Shown here piece by piece: positions 3,160-6,408 of a DNA stretch of 6,408 nt. The stretch is taken from the IMG/VR virus record IMGVR_UViG_3300014685_000009. The stretch is one strand, 5' to 3'. The DNA comes from a virus. The position numbers were made by a program, and so were the translations under genes. How positions within the stretch are numbered: position 1 is the stretch's first letter; every line of letters starts with the position of its first letter. The notes beneath the pieces were generated by a model, which was not told where the DNA came from, made no database searches, and saw only the letters and a program-made list of their open reading frames with translations.

Positions 3160-4346
3160 ATTAAGCCCTGTTCCTTAGCCTGCTGGTACTTTGCTATAAA
3201 TTCTGCATCATATGCGGTTGGCTGCTGTTGTACGGGTTGTGGCTGAGATTGAACCTGTATAGGCGCTTTGGTGTAATCAAATGTTCTTTCACCATTCATC
3301 CAACGCTTACAATCACTTTGTGAAACATTCGGCATGATATTTCCCTGCTGATCATACGCTTTAAAATTCCCCTTAAAATCTTTGGCACATCCCGTTAATC
3401 GTGGGTAATCACGTACCTGTATTTGTGGCTCAGGATGAAAGTCATAAGGTTTATCAGGATTATATGAAACTTGAACTGTGACAGCTCCATTCTCTGACAT
3501 TGAAGCTTTATTTTTTGACATATCATCAAACCATTTAACACATTCAGGTTTCGATACATTTTCACCCTTACGGCACTCACTGGAGAGATCTGTAAGGTTT
3601 GAAGCTGTAACTTGCTGTTCTTGAGTTGCTGCATGTTGTTCTACTTTTTGTTGTGTAGGCAACTGCTTGTTATCAATAACCCCTAATGTTTTATCATCCT
3701 TGTGCTGCATTGATTCAAAAGCAGTTGCACCATTTTTAACAAAGTAAACAATGACTCCCATAATGACAAAAAAAACAAGAATAGAGCTTACGTTCTTATG
3801 ACTGATACGGCCTTTTGCATCTGTTACTGCAACAGTAGAAGTATAGTAATCAAACATATGCGGATTAAGTCGCCACTTCTGAACGTCATCAGCTTGTTTG
3901 AAATTTGATTTAGTCAGGTTGGTTACTGCATAAGACCACCAGTAAACAGTAACTGTTTTAGCTTTTTTAGGTCTGTAAAGATGAACATGCTCACCTGTAT
4001 TTTCAATAACATAAGGATTTAAAAGTTTTGGAGACTGTGTAATAAGCCAAAAATCTATACCGTAATGTCTGTGTGTAGAAAGTGCTTTACCGACTTCATT
4101 GGCTTTTGTTGTTTCCTTCATAAACTCTTGATGATACTGAGCTTCATCGACAATATATAAACAAGGCTTATGCTCGTCAGGAACTTTTCTCCAGTCATCT
4201 AAAAGCTGATGGATTCCCATGATCTTAAGCCCGTTGATATTTGCATAAATTGACTTGTAAAAGCCTTTATCTAATTCCTTCAGTAGCCATTCAATTACCA
4301 TGCAGGTTTTGCCTGAACCTGGAGTCGCTGTTATTAGTCGAATCAT
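3156..4346 (-). CDS. gI: Phage assembly/export ATPase, gene I / Zot (zonula occludens toxin-like) family
   Basis: The 396-aa ORF has an N-terminal Walker A (TATPGSGKT) and Walker B (LYIVDEAQ). A central TM segment (ILVFFVIMGVIVYFV) is followed by a Cys-containing, Q-rich periplasmic C-terminal domain. Its start overlaps the upstream stop codon (ATGA). Confidence 0.88.
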   Translation of the reverse strand: MIRLITATPGSGKTCMVIEWLLKELDKGFYKSIYANINGLKIMGIHQLLDDWRKVPDEHKPCLYIVDEAQYHQEFMKETTKANEVGKALSTHRHYGIDFWLITQSPKLLNPYVIENTGEHVHLYRPKKAKTVTVYWWSYAVTNLTKSNFKQADDVQKWRLNPHMFDYYTSTVAVTDAKGRISHKNVSSILVFFVIMGVIVYFVKNGATAFESMQHKDDKTLGVIDNKQLPTQQKVEQHAATQEQQVTASNLTDLSSECRKGENVSKPECVKWFDDMSKNKASMSENGAVTVQVSYNPDKPYDFHPEPQIQVRDYPRLTGCAKDFKGNFKAYDQQGNIMPNVSQSDCKRWMNGERTFDYTKAPIQVQSQPQPVQQQPTAYDAEFIAKYQQAKEQGLI

Positions 4347-4633
4347 TTTTTTACTACCTTTAATCCGGCTGCAAATGTCTTGATATATACGGCTGCCAAA
4401 TATGCACCTATCACGATACTGATTGCCTTATCAAAACCTGCTAAACCCAATAGACCTGTGACTGGTCCCAATTCGCCAAATGAGGCAATTGCCTGCCTCT
4501 TGTAATAGTCAGTAAATGCAGATAATCCGGTTACTGTTGCGAGTCCTAATCCTGCTCCTAACAAAACTTGGCCGAGCCATGAATCAGTTAGGTTTTTAAA
4601 TAATGTGGTGAGCCAAGCAAAGATATTTCGCAT
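4343..4633 (-). CDS. gVI: Small multi-pass membrane / minor coat protein at the gene VI position
   Basis: The 96-aa ORF has three Gly/Ala-rich hydrophobic segments. It sits between the adsorption gene and gI. Its ATG abuts the gIII-like TAA, and its TGA overlaps the gI ATG. Confidence 0.6.
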   Translation of the reverse strand: MRNIFAWLTTLFKNLTDSWLGQVLLGAGLGLATVTGLSAFTDYYKRQAIASFGELGPVTGLLGLAGFDKAISIVIGAYLAAVYIKTFAAGLKVVKK

Positions 4634-5893
4634 TTAAACCTCACGTATTGCATTGCTAACAATGCCTAATGCAACTAAATAACCAAAGCCAATAACAGCA
4701 GGTCGAACCTTTAGAGCAAAATCACAGTAAGGTGATAAATCAAAAGAGATCGGCACAGAGACAGAGCCAACTGAAATAGTATTCACTTCAAAAGTAGGAC
4801 ATTGACCGCCGAACTGTACATACATCTGGTCAAACTGAGACGGGTCTTGTACTTCCTTTTCGTCTACATTTACCTCTGTATCTTTTTCTTTTTCGAGGTT
4901 TGGTTCCTTCCAAAAATCAGACCAAGCTAAAGAAATTGAGCTAGCCCATCCATCGGCTTTTTGATTTGCTGTATTCCACCAGTTTGTTAAAGTGCGCGGA
5001 AAAGATATAACTGTTTGAGCAGCTTCACAGACAGTTGGCGCCCAGCCGCAGAACGCCGGAAATTCCAAAGAAATATCTGTGACATTGGGCTTTTCAGGAT
5101 TTTGTGTTTGTTCGCCAGTAGCCGTGTTTTCCTCTTCGATTGCTTTTGATGCTTCTAGTTGCTGAACAATCGGAGCAGCTTTAGCACTGTCTTTTTCAGC
5201 ATCATTAATAATTTCTTGTGCAGCAGACATAGTTGCTTGTTGCGCCGAGACATCACCGCCAGCAGCATTAGAAATAACCTTCTGAGCTACAGTTTCTAAG
5301 GGAATAGATTTGGGATAGTCATCTTCAGCAGTTTCAGAATAATCAGGATTTAAAATAGGACTTGCAGAACCGACAGTACCACCGAGCCCTGCGCATTCAA
5401 TCGTAGCTGTACCGCCGACATTCGGAATATGTACAGAACAGTCAGGATTTTCAAAACCCATATCTAAATAGAATTTATTTGCAGCTGCAGCAAGAGCCTT
5501 GGGACAATAATCCTTACCTTTATATTTGTATAAATACTGACACTGATCAGGTTCAGTTCTATATCTAATTTTATTATTTTCAGCATCTAAAACCCAGTCG
5601 ACTGCACCCAAAAGCTGTTCTACAGCGACAGACAATGCATAACCTGCAACACCATTTCTTAAAACTTTTGCAACTTGAGAAGCATTGGGCGTTATTTTTG
5701 CAGTGCCTTTCGCAATTTTTGAAGCACCGTTTAAGATGATTTCTTTCGTACCATTCACAATTGCAGAAGCACCGGAGGCCACTGGAGAACCAAGCGACCA
5801 ACCGCCGATATTCCCTGCAAATAAGAATGAAGGAAACAAGGCCAAGTTTAGGCAAATGAATATCGTTATAAGTCTGGAATTTAAGCATTTCAT
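4634..5893 (-). CDS. gIII: Minor coat / host-adsorption protein (gene III-like)
   Basis: The 419-aa ORF has an N-terminal signal peptide (…LFPSFLFA/GNIGG) and eight Cys in four apparent pairs. It also has an acidic Q/E-rich linker and a C-terminal anchor (VRPAVIGFGYLVALGIVSNAI). It follows gVIII and precedes the gVI-like gene. Confidence 0.75.
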   Translation of the reverse strand: MKCLNSRLITIFICLNLALFPSFLFAGNIGGWSLGSPVASGASAIVNGTKEIILNGASKIAKGTAKITPNASQVAKVLRNGVAGYALSVAVEQLLGAVDWVLDAENNKIRYRTEPDQCQYLYKYKGKDYCPKALAAAANKFYLDMGFENPDCSVHIPNVGGTATIECAGLGGTVGSASPILNPDYSETAEDDYPKSIPLETVAQKVISNAAGGDVSAQQATMSAAQEIINDAEKDSAKAAPIVQQLEASKAIEEENTATGEQTQNPEKPNVTDISLEFPAFCGWAPTVCEAAQTVISFPRTLTNWWNTANQKADGWASSISLAWSDFWKEPNLEKEKDTEVNVDEKEVQDPSQFDQMYVQFGGQCPTFEVNTISVGSVSVPISFDLSPYCDFALKVRPAVIGFGYLVALGIVSNAIREV

Positions 5894-5974
5894 AAATCAG
5901 TCACTCAGTACGATGAAAAATGAAATGGTCATTACAATGAGATAATAAAGAACCATATTGATTTACCTACCCTT

Positions 5975-6005
5975 GATAAAAAGAAAGGGCGTAAAACACG
6001 CCCTT
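5975..6005 (-). terminator. Rho-independent terminator just downstream of the major coat gene
   Basis: The minus strand reads AAGGGCG-TGTTTTA-CGCCCTT followed by TCTTTTTATC. That is a 7-bp GC-rich stem (5985-5991 with 5999-6005) plus a T-run. It mirrors the terminator that follows gVIII in Ff phages. Confidence 0.85.
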
Positions 6006-6020
6006 GTCTTGGTTTTGCAA

Positions 6021-6263
6021 TTAACCGCGTTTGGCGTTTTGAGTAACAAGACTCCAGACCCAAGTTAATGCAGCAGGTGCAAGTTTTGCTGCACCGATTG
6101 CACCAACAGCAGCAAGACCGAGCGCAAGCTGAGTTACTCCATCACCCATATCTAGCCCTTCTGCGTGAGCAGATGAAGCTAAAATTACTGGAGTTGCAAC
6201 CAGAGCGGCACGGTTTACAGCACGTTGGTAGCGTTGTTTTAAAGTTGGTTTTTTAGTACGCAT
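6021..6263 (-). CDS. gVIII: Major coat protein precursor (gene VIII-like)
   Basis: The 80-aa ORF has a strong SD (AGGAGAATGTC-ATG). The leader ends in SSAHA, an AxA cleavage motif. The predicted 46-aa mature peptide is EGLDMGDGVTQLALGLAAVGAIGAAKLAPAALTWVWSLVTQNAKRG. It has an acidic N-terminus, a hydrophobic core and a basic C-terminus. Confidence 0.88.
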   Translation of the reverse strand: MRTKKPTLKQRYQRAVNRAALVATPVILASSAHAEGLDMGDGVTQLALGLAAVGAIGAAKLAPAALTWVWSLVTQNAKRG

Positions 6264-6272
6264 GACATTCTC

Positions 6273-6408
6273 CTAATGTTTATATGCGGTTCTTGATAAA
6301 TGTCGCCAAATCCACGCAAGTGCGAAATTGGCAACGGTATAACTAAGCAATTGATTTGCATCTGCATAACTCAACATGCTTAATTCAGTTATGAAATTCG
6401 ACTGTGCA
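6273..6408 (-). CDS. 3' portion of the same 61-aa junction-spanning ORF; its stop codon overlaps the coat-gene Shine-Dalgarno
   Basis: The frame is continuous from 6408 (equivalent to 105) down to the TAG at 6275-6273. The TAG is embedded in TAGGAGAATGTCATG, the SD plus start of gVIII. gII/gV show the same stop-in-SD arrangement (TAGGAGCGTAAACCATG). Confidence 0.55.
   Translation of the reverse strand, partial: AQSNFITELSMLSYADANQLLSYTVANFALAWIWRHLSRTAYKH
6304..6408. repeat. Right copy of the exact 105-bp terminal direct repeat (identical to 1-105)
   Basis: Same comparison as for the left copy. Confidence 0.97.

Larger units (their letters stand above)
1..6408 (-). mobile_element. Complete filamentous phage (Inoviridae, Ff-like) genome unit of 6303 bp, presented with a 105-bp terminal overlap (circular RF or tandem prophage copy)
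   Basis: The gene order gII/gX-gV-small ORFs-gVIII-gIII-gVI-gI lies on one strand, with coupled start/stop codons. The size is about 6.3 kb. Bases 1-105 are identical to 6304-6408, and an ORF reads seamlessly across the junction. Confidence 0.9.

Noticed and set aside
3395-3634. 79-aa minus-strand ORF in another frame of gI
   Set aside because: It is nested out of frame in the Zot-like gene and has no SD. The gI frame carries the recognisable domain features.
5580-5945. 102-aa minus-strand and 86-aa plus-strand ORFs overlapping the 5' part of the gIII-like gene
   Set aside because: The Cys/Arg-rich and Phe/Ala-rich translations are typical off-frame artefacts. The gIII-like frame has the signal peptide and the anchor.
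6068-6256. 62-aa plus-strand ORF antisense to the coat gene
   Set aside because: Its Q/H/L-rich sequence comes from the reverse complement of Ala/Leu/Gly codons. The coat frame has the SD, the leader and canonical mature-peptide architecture.
1-6408. CRISPR arrays, tRNA or rRNA genes, IS elements, integrase
   Set aside because: I saw no regularly spaced repeats and no cloverleaf-like or rRNA-like segments. No transposase- or recombinase-sized ORFs are present either.

Overview
The window is one complete unit of a small Ff-like filamentous phage (Inoviridae), either a replicative form or a tandem prophage unit. Bases 1-105 are repeated exactly at 6304-6408, so the unit is 6303 bp and the window is a circular or tandem permutation with 105 bp of redundancy. 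Almost all genes are on the minus strand in the classic inovirus order. They run gII replication initiator (with a nested gX), gV ssDNA-binding protein, small ORFs, gVIII major coat with a strong terminator, gIII-like adsorption protein, gVI-like protein, and gI/Zot assembly ATPase. No gIV secretin is present. A visibly more AT-rich two-gene module (70 aa, then 128 aa) is transcribed divergently from gII on the plus strand. The non-coding and accessory regions hold most of what is worth a second look. (1) Two inverted dif-like XerC/XerD sites can fold into a roughly 99-nt forked hairpin, a CTXphi-style single-strand attP. (2) A third, near-canonical dif-like site with a 6-bp spacer lies just after gV. 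It shares an identical 17-mer with the hairpin site, so the two bracket the replication module. (3) The 128-aa plus-strand protein is a diverged stand-alone paralog of the C-terminal (gene X) domain of the phage's own Rep. (4) The provided ORF track missed several tightly packed mini-ORFs: a 29-aa peptide matching a C2HC zinc-finger pattern, a 61-aa ORF crossing the window junction, a 29-aa hydrophobic peptide coupled to gI, and a 46-aa ORF ending inside a XerC arm. (5) A TGACACA motif clusters in three regulatory regions. (6) One hairpin has stem arms identical to the f1 (+)-origin hairpin. All homology statements come from reading the sequence and from remembered family features; no database search was run.
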